This document shows, in pieces, positions 9,880 through 19,798 of a stretch of DNA of 64,000 nucleotides. The translations under genes and the position numbers were made by a program. The notes under the pieces are model-generated. The model was not told where the DNA came from, did not search any database, and saw only the letters and a program-made list of their open reading frames with translations. The first letter of the stretch is position 1; the number at the start of each line of letters is the position of its first letter. Source of the DNA: an uncultured Nitrospiraceae bacterium (GTDB lineage: Bacteria; Nitrospirota; Nitrospiria; Nitrospirales; Nitrospiraceae); contig CAVPLT010000001.1 in NCBI GenBank assembly GCA_963706325.1, positions 416,001-480,000 of the forward strand. The letters run 5' to 3'.

Positions 9880-11631
9880 ATGCCTGTCTCCCTCCAATCC
9901 GCCGGGCCTTCGCTGGCCGCTACCCTGTCCGGACCGCGTCGCGCGCTGTTCTGGATGGTTGTGGCACTGCTCGTGATCTCTCCCGTCGTAGCGTGTGAAC
10001 TGCTGCTGCGCGTCAGCGGTGTCCGGATCGCCGATGACCCATACCTGAATTTCGGCCAGGTTGATTCGTACTTTGTCCAGAAAGACATCGACGGGCAGCC
10101 CCATCATCAGGTGGCCAGCCGGGAAGTGTATCGCGAACGCAATACCGTGTTTCCGATCCGGAAGCCCACGAACACGTTTCGCGTGTTTTGCCTAGGCGGA
10201 TCCGCCAGCGCCGGATGGCCCCATCCGCCGGAAGAAATTTATAGCCGCTACTTGCAGCGCGCCTTGGAAGAGGCCTATCCGCAACAGACGATCGAAGTCC
10301 TCAACGTCAGCGCCCATGCCTATGCGGCCTACCGTGTCCGCCTGATCTTTCAGGAAGTCATCGAATTCGAACCGGATCTGATTGTCATCTATAGCGGTAA
10401 CAACGAATTTCTTGAAAAACGGGTCTATCGCGAAGAGCCCGCCTGGTTTGAGCCGGTCACGACGGCCCTGAATCGACTGCACCTGGTCCGGCGGGTCAAG
10501 GGAAGCTCGCTGGGACGCAGGCTGTGGCCGGAGAACACCCTCCTGGCGGACGAACGCCAGCATGTCGCCTACGAACAGTGGTCGAAGATCGAACAGCTCG
10601 CGCTGGATCTTCGTCAGAAGCCCGCGCAATACCAACAGGTGAAGAACCATTACACATTCAGTATTCAGTCGATGGTGGAAACCGCCCAGCAGCGGAAGGT
10701 GCCGGTCATCCTCGTCTCGGTTCCGGTCAACCTGCGCGAGTGGCATCCCAATGTGTCCCATCAACCCCTCCAAGGGCCGACACTTCAGTCGTGGGAGCGT
10801 CTCTATCGGAGCGGCAAGGGACTTCTGTTGCAAGGTGATGCCTCAGGCGCAGCCCGCCGGTTACAGGAGGCCGCCGTACTCGCTCCATTCCATGCAGAAA
10901 CGCACTTTGCCCTCGGACAGGCCCTGGAGCGCTCCGGCGCCTATGAGTCTGCGCTTCAGTCATACAGTCGCGCGTGCGATCTGGATTACAACCCGTTTCG
11001 TGCCCCGTCGGATCTGAATCAGATTCTCAGGCAGATCGCGGGGCGATACGACAACGTCTCGCTCGCCGACGCCGAGCAGGCATTTCTTGCGGCCAGCGCA
11101 CCGCTCACTCCCGGGTTCGACCTGTTTCTGGATTATGTGCATCCGACAACGCGCGGCAATCTGCTCCTTGCGAAAACCGTCTACGAGCAAATCATCTCCC
11201 GCGGCCTCCTCGGCCCCCCTGCCGTCGGCGTCCCCTCCTTGTTAGCCGGGAGATCAGCCGCTTCCGTCGGGGAACAAGGCTACGACGAACGACGAGACTT
11301 TTCGATGCAGGGCGTGATGGTCCGGCTGTTCGTGATGATGCACCAGCATGAAAGCGCGGTAGCAAAGGCTCGGGCCCTGTGGAATGAGCCTGGCGCACTA
11401 GAGGCACTCCGCCGCAAGGAGGACGGCAAGTTGATCGAAGATGTCCTGCGCGTGCTTCCCGGCGTCATCGAGCACGAACGCAACCTGGCGCTTGGCCTGG
11501 CGGTCGACGAGAGTCAACGGCAGCAACTGGCTGCTCGCCTGAAAACGTTTTACCGCGATAACTTCGGGGGGTATGAGGAATTCCGAACGACGGTCAAAAC
11601 AGACGCGGAATCAATTTCTCCAGCGACGTGA
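9880..11631 (+). CDS. SGNH/GDSL hydrolase with TPR insertion
   Basis: LGGSASAG, YSGNNE and DYVHP motifs; TPR-like AETHFALGQALE segment; N-terminal TM helix. Confidence 0.85.
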   Translation: MPVSLQSAGPSLAATLSGPRRALFWMVVALLVISPVVACELLLRVSGVRIADDPYLNFGQVDSYFVQKDIDGQPHHQVASREVYRERNTVFPIRKPTNTFRVFCLGGSASAGWPHPPEEIYSRYLQRALEEAYPQQTIEVLNVSAHAYAAYRVRLIFQEVIEFEPDLIVIYSGNNEFLEKRVYREEPAWFEPVTTALNRLHLVRRVKGSSLGRRLWPENTLLADERQHVAYEQWSKIEQLALDLRQKPAQYQQVKNHYTFSIQSMVETAQQRKVPVILVSVPVNLREWHPNVSHQPLQGPTLQSWERLYRSGKGLLLQGDASGAARRLQEAAVLAPFHAETHFALGQALERSGAYESALQSYSRACDLDYNPFRAPSDLNQILRQIAGRYDNVSLADAEQAFLAASAPLTPGFDLFLDYVHPTTRGNLLLAKTVYEQIISRGLLGPPAVGVPSLLAGRSAASVGEQGYDERRDFSMQGVMVRLFVMMHQHESAVAKARALWNEPGALEALRRKEDGKLIEDVLRVLPGVIEHERNLALGLAVDESQRQQLAARLKTFYRDNFGGYEEFRTTVKTDAESISPAT

Positions 11632-11760
11632 CGACACATTGCCGGTCCCGATCGGGATCCGCGATTTCGAGCTTGAAGCAGCCATGGTTTCGGAGCACAC
11701 TTATCCGACGATCACATGTTGCTTCATCGCATCAGGCCAACGCGGAGCGGACCGATCGAG

Positions 11761-12627
11761 ATGTTCTTCGCGCAATGGCTTTGGGTTCTCAGCGCTTTTG
11801 TAACCCTGTGTTCCCCTCTCGTACCCGCCGCGGCGCAGCAATCTCGCCCAACCGATGAGATCACCAAGCTTGCGGAAGACGTTTATCTCTTCCGGCATCA
11901 AGCTCACCAATCTATCTTTGTGGTGACCCCAGACGGGGTAGCCGTGACCGATCCGATCAGTCTTGAGGCCGCTACATGGTTGAAATCGGAAATCGCGAAG
12001 ATGACCGATCAGCCGGTGCGGTATGTGATCTATAGTCATCACCATAACGACCACATTACCGGAGGCCGGGTCTTTGCTGACCAAGCCATCTTTGTCAGCC
12101 ATCAGGCCGCACAGCCTAAAATCCTCGCAGCGGCCGATTCCACGACGCCGGTTCCACAGCTGACCTTCACCGATCGTATGACGATTCACCTGGGTGGCAA
12201 GTCTATTGACCTGATCTACACCGGCAGGAACCATTCGGATAACAGCCTCGTGGTCCTCCTGCCGCAGAACAAACTACTCTTCGCCGTCGACTTCATCCCA
12301 GTCGAGAGCGTCGCGTACCGTGCTTTGCCGGATGGCTATCCTGATGAATGGGTCGAGTCGCTGAAGCAGATCGAACGATTAGACTTCGATACGCTGGTGC
12401 CTGGGCATGGCAAGGTCGGCAAGAAAGATCATGCGCGGCTGTTTCGGGAATACCTCGAAGCGCTCCGCGCAGCCGTGAGCGAGCAGATTCAAGCAGGCGC
12501 GAGCCTGGAGGTCGCCAAGAAAAGCGTCCGGCTTCCCACATACGAACGGTGGTCCGGTTACTCCGACTGGTTCACCGAGAATGTCGAAGGCATGTATCGG
12601 CATCTGTCGCCGCAGTCGAAACAATAG
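11761..12627 (+). CDS. Exported MBL-fold metallo-hydrolase
   Basis: SHHHNDH, NHS and VPGHG motifs; signal peptide (alternative start 11716). Confidence 0.9.
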   Translation: MFFAQWLWVLSAFVTLCSPLVPAAAQQSRPTDEITKLAEDVYLFRHQAHQSIFVVTPDGVAVTDPISLEAATWLKSEIAKMTDQPVRYVIYSHHHNDHITGGRVFADQAIFVSHQAAQPKILAAADSTTPVPQLTFTDRMTIHLGGKSIDLIYTGRNHSDNSLVVLLPQNKLLFAVDFIPVESVAYRALPDGYPDEWVESLKQIERLDFDTLVPGHGKVGKKDHARLFREYLEALRAAVSEQIQAGASLEVAKKSVRLPTYERWSGYSDWFTENVEGMYRHLSPQSKQ

Positions 12628-12867
12628 CCGCATCGTTCCCGCCACTCGGCCTTCATCACACCCACTTCTGCGGCCGCTCGTGATCATCCCTACTGGGTCG
12701 GTAAAGAAGAGTAATCGGCCCTGGTAAACCGCGGAACGACCAGTTTTGCAGGCGCTGTCTTCAGAGGGTGGGAGGACTGCGAGGGCGGGAAATGTCTGGT
12801 CACTGCATGACCCTCAGACCAGAGCGCCAGGCAAAGACCAGAAACTGCATGGCCGGCGATGCGGCTG

Positions 12868-12981
12868 CTAAGGCTTCTTCTTTTTCTTGTCGTTCGAGTT
12901 GTCGGAGAAGAGCAACCATGCGAGGACAACGAAGCCGATCGCGACGCCCGTAACTGCCAGCCATGTGCCGAGTTTATCCAT
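12868..12981 (-). CDS. 37-aa single-TM small protein with poly-Lys tail
   Basis: MDKLGTWLAVTGVAIGFVVLAWLLFSDNSNDKKKKKP; ATG overlaps the thioesterase stop (TAATG); GAGGG RBS. Confidence 0.75.
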   Translation of the reverse strand: MDKLGTWLAVTGVAIGFVVLAWLLFSDNSNDKKKKKP

Positions 12982-13382
12982 TAAGCCCTCGTCTGTGGAG
13001 GTCCTTGTAACGAAGCCAGGGTGAATGTATCGAGACGTGTCACTTTCAACTGATCGTCCACGGTCACCAGCTTGGCCGACCCTTCGACTACCAAGCGCCC
13101 GCTGGTCCGTTCCCGCAAGACATGGGCAAACGTGATGGACGCTTGGCCGACCGCCGCCAGTTTCGTCTCGACGACTAATGTGTCACCATACCGGGCAGGC
13201 GACCGATAGTCCAGCTCCGCATGCACGACCACAAACTGCGTGCCCTGATCTCGTAGCTTCACCACCGAGACACCCCGTGCATCGAGATACTCGGTCCTCG
13301 CCCGTTCAAAATACTTCAAATAATTTGCGTAATACACCACACCGCCGCAATCAGTATCTTCATAGTAGATTCTAATTTCCAT
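12981..13382 (-). CDS. ybgC: YbgC/FadM-family acyl-CoA thioesterase
   Basis: RIYYEDTDCGGVVYYANYLKYFERART motif. Confidence 0.9.
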   Translation of the reverse strand: MEIRIYYEDTDCGGVVYYANYLKYFERARTEYLDARGVSVVKLRDQGTQFVVVHAELDYRSPARYGDTLVVETKLAAVGQASITFAHVLRERTSGRLVVEGSAKLVTVDDQLKVTRLDTFTLASLQGPPQTRA

Positions 13383-13427
13383 GGGAGCGGATGGCTGATG
13401 ACGGACAGGCGTTGCGCGACGGTCTCG

Positions 13428-14681
13428 TTACAAATTCAGAATCGGGAATTTGGGCAGTGATGACTCGCTCATGCCGGTGAGCTTCATCACGACGTCGGAC
13501 AGCTGCTGCACCCGCTCGGCTTTGATGACCTCGAAACCGTGGCCGAGAATGGCATGGTGGGCCGCATCGAGCAGTGGCTTCATTTTGGGCCAGTCTCGCA
13601 AAAAGGCCTGCCCCATCTGGTCGCCCAGACCGGCCAGGACCCGGAACTGTCCCTGCAACGGCAACTTGTACTTGCCGTCCACATCGTCCAGATAACAGGT
13701 GCGACAGGTCTCCCGCAGGGCTTCGGGTAGCTGCTCCGGTTGCACATCCCAGGTCTTGATCTGGTACTGCTTGAATAACTGCCGCTGGGCGCAGGCTTCC
13801 AATGCCCGAAGAAGAGCCATCATGGCCCGTTCAGGATCGTGATCATGGGCTCGACGGTGCGCATGGGCCAGCAGATCGAGCGAGACACCTTCCTTCACCT
13901 CGGCCGGGTCGAGAACGAGTCTCTCCAGAAATCCGCTGTTGGCTTTGAGAAAAGGCAATAGGGATTTCAGCCCCGGCGGCCCGCCCCAGAGCGACGCCAT
14001 ATCGAGCGCCTTCAGCGAGGCCTTGAGCTTCTCCCAGGCTTGTCGATAGTGAAATTGTTCCCACAACGCATACCCCAGCGCGAGATCACCCAAGGCGCGG
14101 TAGAGCGGTTTCTGTCCGCCGCTCACGCGAGCCTCCAACGTATGAAACAACGTGGCCGCCGCTCTAAACGACCCATGATTGAACGCCGCACAGGCCTCCC
14201 GGCGCACGCCGACCGCTGCATCGTCCCAGGGATTTCCTTGGAGCCAGCGCTTGGTATGGCCGTCGATGACAATTCCCTCGCCGCCTTCCTGGTCTTTTGC
14301 ATCAACCAGGCTAATGACGCGTGAGGTCCAGGGTTGACAGGCTGAGGCCAGGGCCGCGGCCATGGCCGAGGTGGCCCCGGTCAAATCAACTACCACATCC
14401 CCCACTTGCACATCCCAGGCTTGAAAGAGATCCTGGATCGTCCGTGACAGGGCCTGATGACAGGCGATGACGTCTGCGGGATCCGGTGTGGCGACCCAGT
14501 CCCATCGCTTCGGCATCTGCTGCACCAGCGGCTGCACGGCCTCTTCAACTTGTGCTTTCGCCGACTCCGGCACAAAGAAACAGAGCAATTCCGGCTGCAA
14601 CCGGTTGATCACATAGGCAGCGAGCGACGGCGCATCGGTGAAGGCAAGGATCAGCGCTTTGACTGGGATATCCGGTGGCAT
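13428..14681 (-). CDS. CARF + HEPN-like protein (TIGR02710/Cas02710-like) with degenerate motifs
   Basis: VVVDLTGATSAM, NPW, WEQF, DLLAHAHRRA, RALEACAQ and AILGHGF follow the family pattern as recalled; no HMM run. Confidence 0.8.
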   Translation of the reverse strand: MPPDIPVKALILAFTDAPSLAAYVINRLQPELLCFFVPESAKAQVEEAVQPLVQQMPKRWDWVATPDPADVIACHQALSRTIQDLFQAWDVQVGDVVVDLTGATSAMAAALASACQPWTSRVISLVDAKDQEGGEGIVIDGHTKRWLQGNPWDDAAVGVRREACAAFNHGSFRAAATLFHTLEARVSGGQKPLYRALGDLALGYALWEQFHYRQAWEKLKASLKALDMASLWGGPPGLKSLLPFLKANSGFLERLVLDPAEVKEGVSLDLLAHAHRRAHDHDPERAMMALLRALEACAQRQLFKQYQIKTWDVQPEQLPEALRETCRTCYLDDVDGKYKLPLQGQFRVLAGLGDQMGQAFLRDWPKMKPLLDAAHHAILGHGFEVIKAERVQQLSDVVMKLTGMSESSLPKFPILNL

Positions 14682-14814
14682 ATCGTCGAACTATATCACC
14701 GCACTCCGCACCGGTTCAACGAACGATCTTGGCTGACTATCCTTGACCCTCTCGACAAAGACGCCTAGACTTCGCCCAATATTGATTTCGCCTCCTCTTC
14801 TGCGCGAGTACGAT

Positions 14815-15249
14815 GTGACTTGGTGGATCTGGGCATTTCTTGGATTGATCCTGCTGGGCGTGGAGATTTCCACGCCGGGCGGTTTCTACATTCTCTTTTT
14901 CGGACTCTCCGCACTCGTGGTGGCCGCCCTCGTGGGCTTTGGATTGGCTGATGCGGAATGGTTCCAGTGGCTGCTCTTTTCGGCCCTGTCCGTGGCCTCG
15001 CTGCTCATCTTCCGCGGCCCTATGCTCAAAATGATCAGGTCGCACGACGTCGCCGGACCAGCCATCGATACGATGGTCGGTGAGATCGCCATGCCGTTGG
15101 AGGATTTGGCCTCGGGCAGCACAGGCAAGGCCGAATGCCGGGGAACGGCTTGGACCGCGCATAATCCAGGCCCAGTCGAGCTGGTGAAGGGTCAACGCAC
15201 GGTGGTCGAACGGGTCGAGGGATTGGCCCTCTGGCTGAAACCGGAATAG
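14815..15249 (+). CDS. NfeD-like membrane protein (short form)
   Basis: Three TM helices plus OB-fold GTAWTA segment; directly upstream of an SPFH gene. Confidence 0.88.
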   Translation: MTWWIWAFLGLILLGVEISTPGGFYILFFGLSALVVAALVGFGLADAEWFQWLLFSALSVASLLIFRGPMLKMIRSHDVAGPAIDTMVGEIAMPLEDLASGSTGKAECRGTAWTAHNPGPVELVKGQRTVVERVEGLALWLKPE

Positions 15250-15282
15250 AAGGACTGGGTATTTGCGATGGAGGAATCGAAT

Positions 15283-16221
15283 ATGTCCGGTGGATTGATG
15301 GTCATGGTCTTCCTCGCGTTCCTGGTGGTGCTGGTCATCGCCAAGACCGCCCGCATCGTGCCCCAACAAAGCGCCTACGTGGTCGAGCGATTGGGCCGCT
15401 ACTCACGAACGTTAGGCGCCGGATTCCACATTCTGATTCCATTCATCGATGTGGTCCAATATAAGCACTCCCTCAAAGAAACCGCCGTCGACATCCCCGA
15501 ACAGATCTGCATCACGCGAGACAACGTGCAGGTCGGGGTCGACGGCGTCCTCTACCTCAAGGTTCTCGACGCCCAACGCGCCTCTTACGGGATCAGCGAT
15601 CACCGCTTCGCCATTTCCCAGTTGGCCCAGACGACCTTGCGCAGCGAAATCGGCAAAATCGATCTCGACCGGACATTCGAGGAACGCACCAACATCAACA
15701 CGCAGGTCGTCAACGAGCTCGACAAGGCGTCGGAACCCTGGGGCATCAAAGTGCTCCGATATGAAATCAAGAACATCACCCCTCCCAAGGACATCCTGAA
15801 CGCCATGGAAAAACAGATGCGGGCGGAACGGGAAAAACGCGCCGTCATCCTGGCGTCAGAAGGAGAGCGGGATGCCGCCATCAATCAGGCGGAAGGCACG
15901 AAGCAACAAGTGATCAAGGCCTCAGAGGCCAGAAAGCAACAGCAGATCAATGAAGCGGAAGGCGCCGCGTCGGCCATTACGGCCATCGCCACGGCCACGG
16001 CTGAAGGCCTTAGAAAAGTCGCCGAATCGACGCAGATTCCCGGCGGCTATGAAGCGATCCAACTGCGGGTCGCAGAACAGTACATCGGCAAGTTCGGCGA
16101 GTTGGCAAAATCCAGCAACACCCTGGTCTTGCCGGCGAATGTCGCCGACGTGGGTTCGATGCTGGCGTTGGCTATGAACATGATCACCAAGAGAACCTCG
16201 CCAACCCCGCCCACGAGGTAA
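15283..16221 (+). CDS. SPFH/stomatin-like (paraslipin, QmcA-like) protein
   Basis: VVERLGRY, ITRDNV, QTTLRSEIG and QMRAEREKRA motifs. Confidence 0.95.
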   Translation: MSGGLMVMVFLAFLVVLVIAKTARIVPQQSAYVVERLGRYSRTLGAGFHILIPFIDVVQYKHSLKETAVDIPEQICITRDNVQVGVDGVLYLKVLDAQRASYGISDHRFAISQLAQTTLRSEIGKIDLDRTFEERTNINTQVVNELDKASEPWGIKVLRYEIKNITPPKDILNAMEKQMRAEREKRAVILASEGERDAAINQAEGTKQQVIKASEARKQQQINEAEGAASAITAIATATAEGLRKVAESTQIPGGYEAIQLRVAEQYIGKFGELAKSSNTLVLPANVADVGSMLALAMNMITKRTSPTPPTR

Positions 16222-16239
16222 ACGGCAGCGCGGTCTCGT

Positions 16240-16268
16240 TTGACAGTGAGTCGAGGCTTCCCTACAAT
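16240..16268 (+). promoter_or_regulatory. Sigma-70 promoter of gmhA (probably leaderless)
   Basis: TTGACA-N17-TACAAT, then 7 nt to ATG 16276, with no SD. Confidence 0.75.
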
Positions 16269-16275
16269 TCCGCTC

Positions 16276-16854
16276 ATGAAAGATTTCGTCATCAAGGCTT
16301 TCGACGAGAGCGCCGACGTCAAGCGACGATTTGCCCGAGACCATGCCGAAAAGATCGCACAGGTCGCGCAGCTCATGGGACAGGCCTTCAGGGAGGGACA
16401 CAAAGTGCTGCTGTTCGGCAACGGGGGCAGCGCCACCGATGCCGCGCACATGGCCGCCGAATTCGTCGGCCGTTATAAGCGGGAACGCGCTCCCTTGCCG
16501 GCTATTGCCCTCGCTACCGATATCGCCGCCATCACCTGCATCGCCAACGACTACGGCTTTGAGGCGCTGTTCGCCCGTCAAGTGCTGGCCCACGGCCGTA
16601 AGGGAGATATCGCAATCGCCATCAGCACCAGCGGCAATTCGCCGAACGTCCTCAAAGGCATCGAAGCCGCCAGATCCTTGAACATGACCACGATCGCTTG
16701 GACCGGCGGATCCGGCGGCAAGCTGGCCGGCCTCGCGGACTATGCGTTCGTCGTTCCATCGACCATCACCGCCCGCATCCAGGAAAGCCACATCACGCTG
16801 GCCCACGTGCTGTGCGAACTCATCGAGGATCAGGTTCTTGCCAATCCGGCGTAA
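16276..16854 (+). CDS. gmhA: D-sedoheptulose 7-phosphate isomerase
   Basis: GNGGSATDAAH, ISTSGNSPN and RIQESH motifs. Confidence 0.96.
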   Translation: MKDFVIKAFDESADVKRRFARDHAEKIAQVAQLMGQAFREGHKVLLFGNGGSATDAAHMAAEFVGRYKRERAPLPAIALATDIAAITCIANDYGFEALFARQVLAHGRKGDIAIAISTSGNSPNVLKGIEAARSLNMTTIAWTGGSGGKLAGLADYAFVVPSTITARIQESHITLAHVLCELIEDQVLANPA

Positions 16855-16885
16855 GCGCCCCAAAGCACCCTCCGTTCCTCGTGCG

Positions 16886-17836
16886 ATGATCCCGCCGATC
16901 GATACGTCGCGACTCAAGACCTACCCTCTCCAGCGTCGCCACAGCAAGGTCCAAGTGTCGAATTTTGCCAAGGCTTGGACCAAAGGCCGATCGTTCGCGC
17001 GCTTCCTCGACTCGCTTCCGGATATTCTGGCAGTCAAAACATTGCGCGAGGTGGCGAAGGCCATTGCGACGGCCCATCGACGGGGCAGGCCGGTCATTGT
17101 GGGCATGGGTGCCCATGTGGTGAAGGTCGGGTTAGGCCCGCTCCTGGTGGATCTCATGGAGCGCGGCATCGTCACCGCGCTCGCCATGAACGGCGCCGTC
17201 ATCATCCATGACTTCGAATTGGCGTTCATGGGACACACGTCCGAGGAGGTCGATGCCGAGATCGACTCCGGTCGATTCGGCATGGCGGAAGAAACTGGTC
17301 GCATGTTGAACGAGGCCATCACGTGGGGGATGAAAGAAGGTCAGGGTCTTGGCGAATCGCTCGGCCTGTACATCAATCGGCATAAACAACAGTTTCCGCA
17401 TCGCGCCACGAGCTTGCTCGCAACCGGAGCGAGACTGGGCCTCCCCGTCACGGTACATGTGGCCATTGGCACCGACATCATCCACATGCATCCATCTGCC
17501 GACGGCGCTGCGATCGGAGCAGGATCGTTGCTGGATTTTCGCCGCCTGACAGCCGTCGTCTCCGGGATGGAAGGCGGGGTGTACCTCAATCTGGGTTCCG
17601 CCGTAATCTTGCCGGAAGTGTTCCTGAAAGCCGTGTCCCTTGGCAGAAACCTTGGCCATCCGCTGACGAACATCACGACGGTGAATATGGATTTCCTGAC
17701 GCACTATCGTCCCATGACCAACGTCGTCCGCCGCCCCACCCAGAAAGGCGGCAAGGGGTACGCCCTGACCGGCCATCACGAGATCATGGTGCCGCTATTG
17801 GCCGCCGCTGTGCTTGAGGAACTGGCCGGTCGCTGA
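16886..17836 (+). CDS. Deoxyhypusine-synthase-like conserved protein
   Basis: GMGAHVVKVG, NGAVIIHD, GSAVILPEVFLKA and GHHEIMVPLL motifs resemble the DHS-like fold. Confidence 0.65.
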   Translation: MIPPIDTSRLKTYPLQRRHSKVQVSNFAKAWTKGRSFARFLDSLPDILAVKTLREVAKAIATAHRRGRPVIVGMGAHVVKVGLGPLLVDLMERGIVTALAMNGAVIIHDFELAFMGHTSEEVDAEIDSGRFGMAEETGRMLNEAITWGMKEGQGLGESLGLYINRHKQQFPHRATSLLATGARLGLPVTVHVAIGTDIIHMHPSADGAAIGAGSLLDFRRLTAVVSGMEGGVYLNLGSAVILPEVFLKAVSLGRNLGHPLTNITTVNMDFLTHYRPMTNVVRRPTQKGGKGYALTGHHEIMVPLLAAAVLEELAGR

Positions 17837-17884
17837 ACCAGATCGTCCGGCGTCATCTACGATCGCGCGAAACGAGAGCACGCT

Positions 17885-18518
17885 GTGAGCACCAAGTTGC
17901 CCTCACCTGAGCCGCTGCTGACCCTCTGGGCCGATCTCAACTCCCGCTATTTCCGTGAGGCCTTGCCGCCCATTCGCATCGAATGGAGTCGGCGACTCAC
18001 CTCCTCGGCCGGTATGTTCTGTGTGCCGAATCGGCCCGAGGCATCCCTTCGCGCGTGTAGCCGACGAACACAACCGCCGACGTTGCATCAAACTTTCGGC
18101 CGTCCTGCTGCGGGGACAGGAATTCCGTCAAGACCACGAAACCTTGACGACGCTGGCGCATGAAATGATCCATCAGTGGCAATACGATATTTTGAAACGT
18201 CGCCCGAATCATGGACTGGACTTTCGACGCATGATGGCACGGATGAATGAAGATGGGCTCGGCATCACGATCTACCATTCCCTCGGCAAAGAAGTGGCGG
18301 CTCTGGCCAAATATGCTTGGCGCTGCCAGCACTGCGGCTCCATCTACCGGCGGCAGCGCCGAAGCATTCAACCTCGACGGCATTCCTGCGGCGCCTGCCG
18401 GGGACCGTTGCGCGAGTTGGCGATTGTGCAAGACGAAATGAAGCTGGAATTGGAACCGGCGCCGACAGCGACCGTTACCGCTGGTCCACAACTGATCCTT
18501 CCTTTCCGCAGAACGTAG
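17885..18518 (+). pseudogene. SprT-like zinc metalloprotease with a 1-nt frameshift near 18020 (possibly sequencing error)
   Basis: LNSRYF...WSRRLTSSAGMF in one frame; HEMIH, NHGLDF and CQHC...CGAC in the next. Confidence 0.85.
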
Positions 18519-18525
18519 GACACAC

Positions 18526-19719
18526 ATGTCCGCACGATGGCTACGCCAGGTCCTCTTCGGTGATATCGACGCGATGTTTGCTTCTGCCGCCGTCCTGGCT
18601 GACCCATCACTCGCAGGAAAGCCGGTCGCGGTCGGTGGTCCGCCACCTCGTGGCATCATCGCCGCCGCCAGCTACGAAGTCCGCCGGTTCGGAGTTCACT
18701 CCGCCATGCCGACCATCCAGGCCATGCGGCTCTGCCCTCAGCTCCTCCTCGTGCCGCCCGATCGACCGTTGTATAACCGCTTGCACCATGAGCTGCAGGC
18801 CGTGACGGATAGGTTCTTCCCTGAAACCGAGTGGACCAGTGTCGATGAGTTTTATACGGATACGACCAGGCTGCAAACTCGCCATCCCGATCCCAGACAG
18901 TTGGGGCTGGCGCTCAAGTCAGAGATCACCCGCGCGACGGGATTGACCTGTACGGTCGCCCTGGCCTCCGGGAAAGCTGTCGCGAAGATCGCGGCCGACG
19001 CGCACAAGCCCGATGGGCTGGCAGTGATTGAGCCGGGCGCCGAAGCGGCATTTCTCGCCCCGCTACCGATCCAGTCTTTGCCGGGCATGGGCCCCAAATC
19101 CACCGAGGCTGTCCAGCGCCTGGGAGTGCACGTCATCGGCGATTTGCTTGTGCCTCGCTTCGAATCGATACTTTTCCGCCTATTCGGCACTAGGCTGGCA
19201 GCGCTGCAATCGCTCGCCCGCGGGGTGGACACCGATGCGGTCGTGGCAGATCGTGAGACAAAAAGCATGAGCCATGAGACGACGTTCGATGAAGACACCG
19301 ACGATCTGGCGATGCTGGAACCGATTGTCCACGGCTTTCTCGAACAGCTGACCCACGATCTTCGCATGGAGGGACTGGCAGCCCGTTCCTTCACGGTCAA
19401 GTTGAAAGACACTCGATTTCGCATCACCACCCGGCAGAGAACATTCCCGACGCCGTTGAATTACGACCCGGATATGTGGCCGGACATCCGCCGTGCGCTC
19501 GCAGAGTTATTACAACCGGGATCACGGTACCGGCTGGTGGGGCTGGGACTCTCGGATCTGCTCCCGGCCCCGGAACCGCTCTTCGACCGGCGGCAACGCG
19601 ACGCCGTCGCTATTCTGGACCGGCTGATTGAACGACATGGCATCGGCGTGGTTCGTCTCGGAGGGCTTCCGCAAACTGCCGAAGGCATGACGAAGCGGGG
19701 GCATCGCCGGGAAGACTGA
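18526..19719 (+). CDS. dinB: DNA polymerase IV
   Basis: [26 protein letters not shown] and [12 protein letters not shown] motifs. Confidence 0.93.
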   Translation: MSARWLRQVLFGDIDAMFASAAVLADPSLAGKPVAVGGPPPRGIIAAASYEVRRFGVHSAMPTIQAMRLCPQLLLVPPDRPLYNRLHHELQAVTDRFFPETEWTSVDEFYTDTTRLQTRHPDPRQLGLALKSEITRATGLTCTVALASGKAVAKIAADAHKPDGLAVIEPGAEAAFLAPLPIQSLPGMGPKSTEAVQRLGVHVIGDLLVPRFESILFRLFGTRLAALQSLARGVDTDAVVADRETKSMSHETTFDEDTDDLAMLEPIVHGFLEQLTHDLRMEGLAARSFTVKLKDTRFRITTRQRTFPTPLNYDPDMWPDIRRALAELLQPGSRYRLVGLGLSDLLPAPEPLFDRRQRDAVAILDRLIERHGIGVVRLGGLPQTAEGMTKRGHRRED

Positions 19720-19798
19720 GGTCTATCGCACAATGAGTCAGGCATTGCTTCGCGGGCGGCCTCCCCCTAAGATGGGATTCGGATCGACACCAACTTGT

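Noticed and set aside
13428..14681. CRISPR-Cas locus suggested by the CARF gene
   Set aside because: No repeat-spacer array and no cas1/cas10/csm/cmr genes anywhere in the window
17997..18030. Programmed frameshift in sprT (and likewise corA)
   Set aside because: No slippery heptamer or homopolymer run at the break; a single extra base explains it
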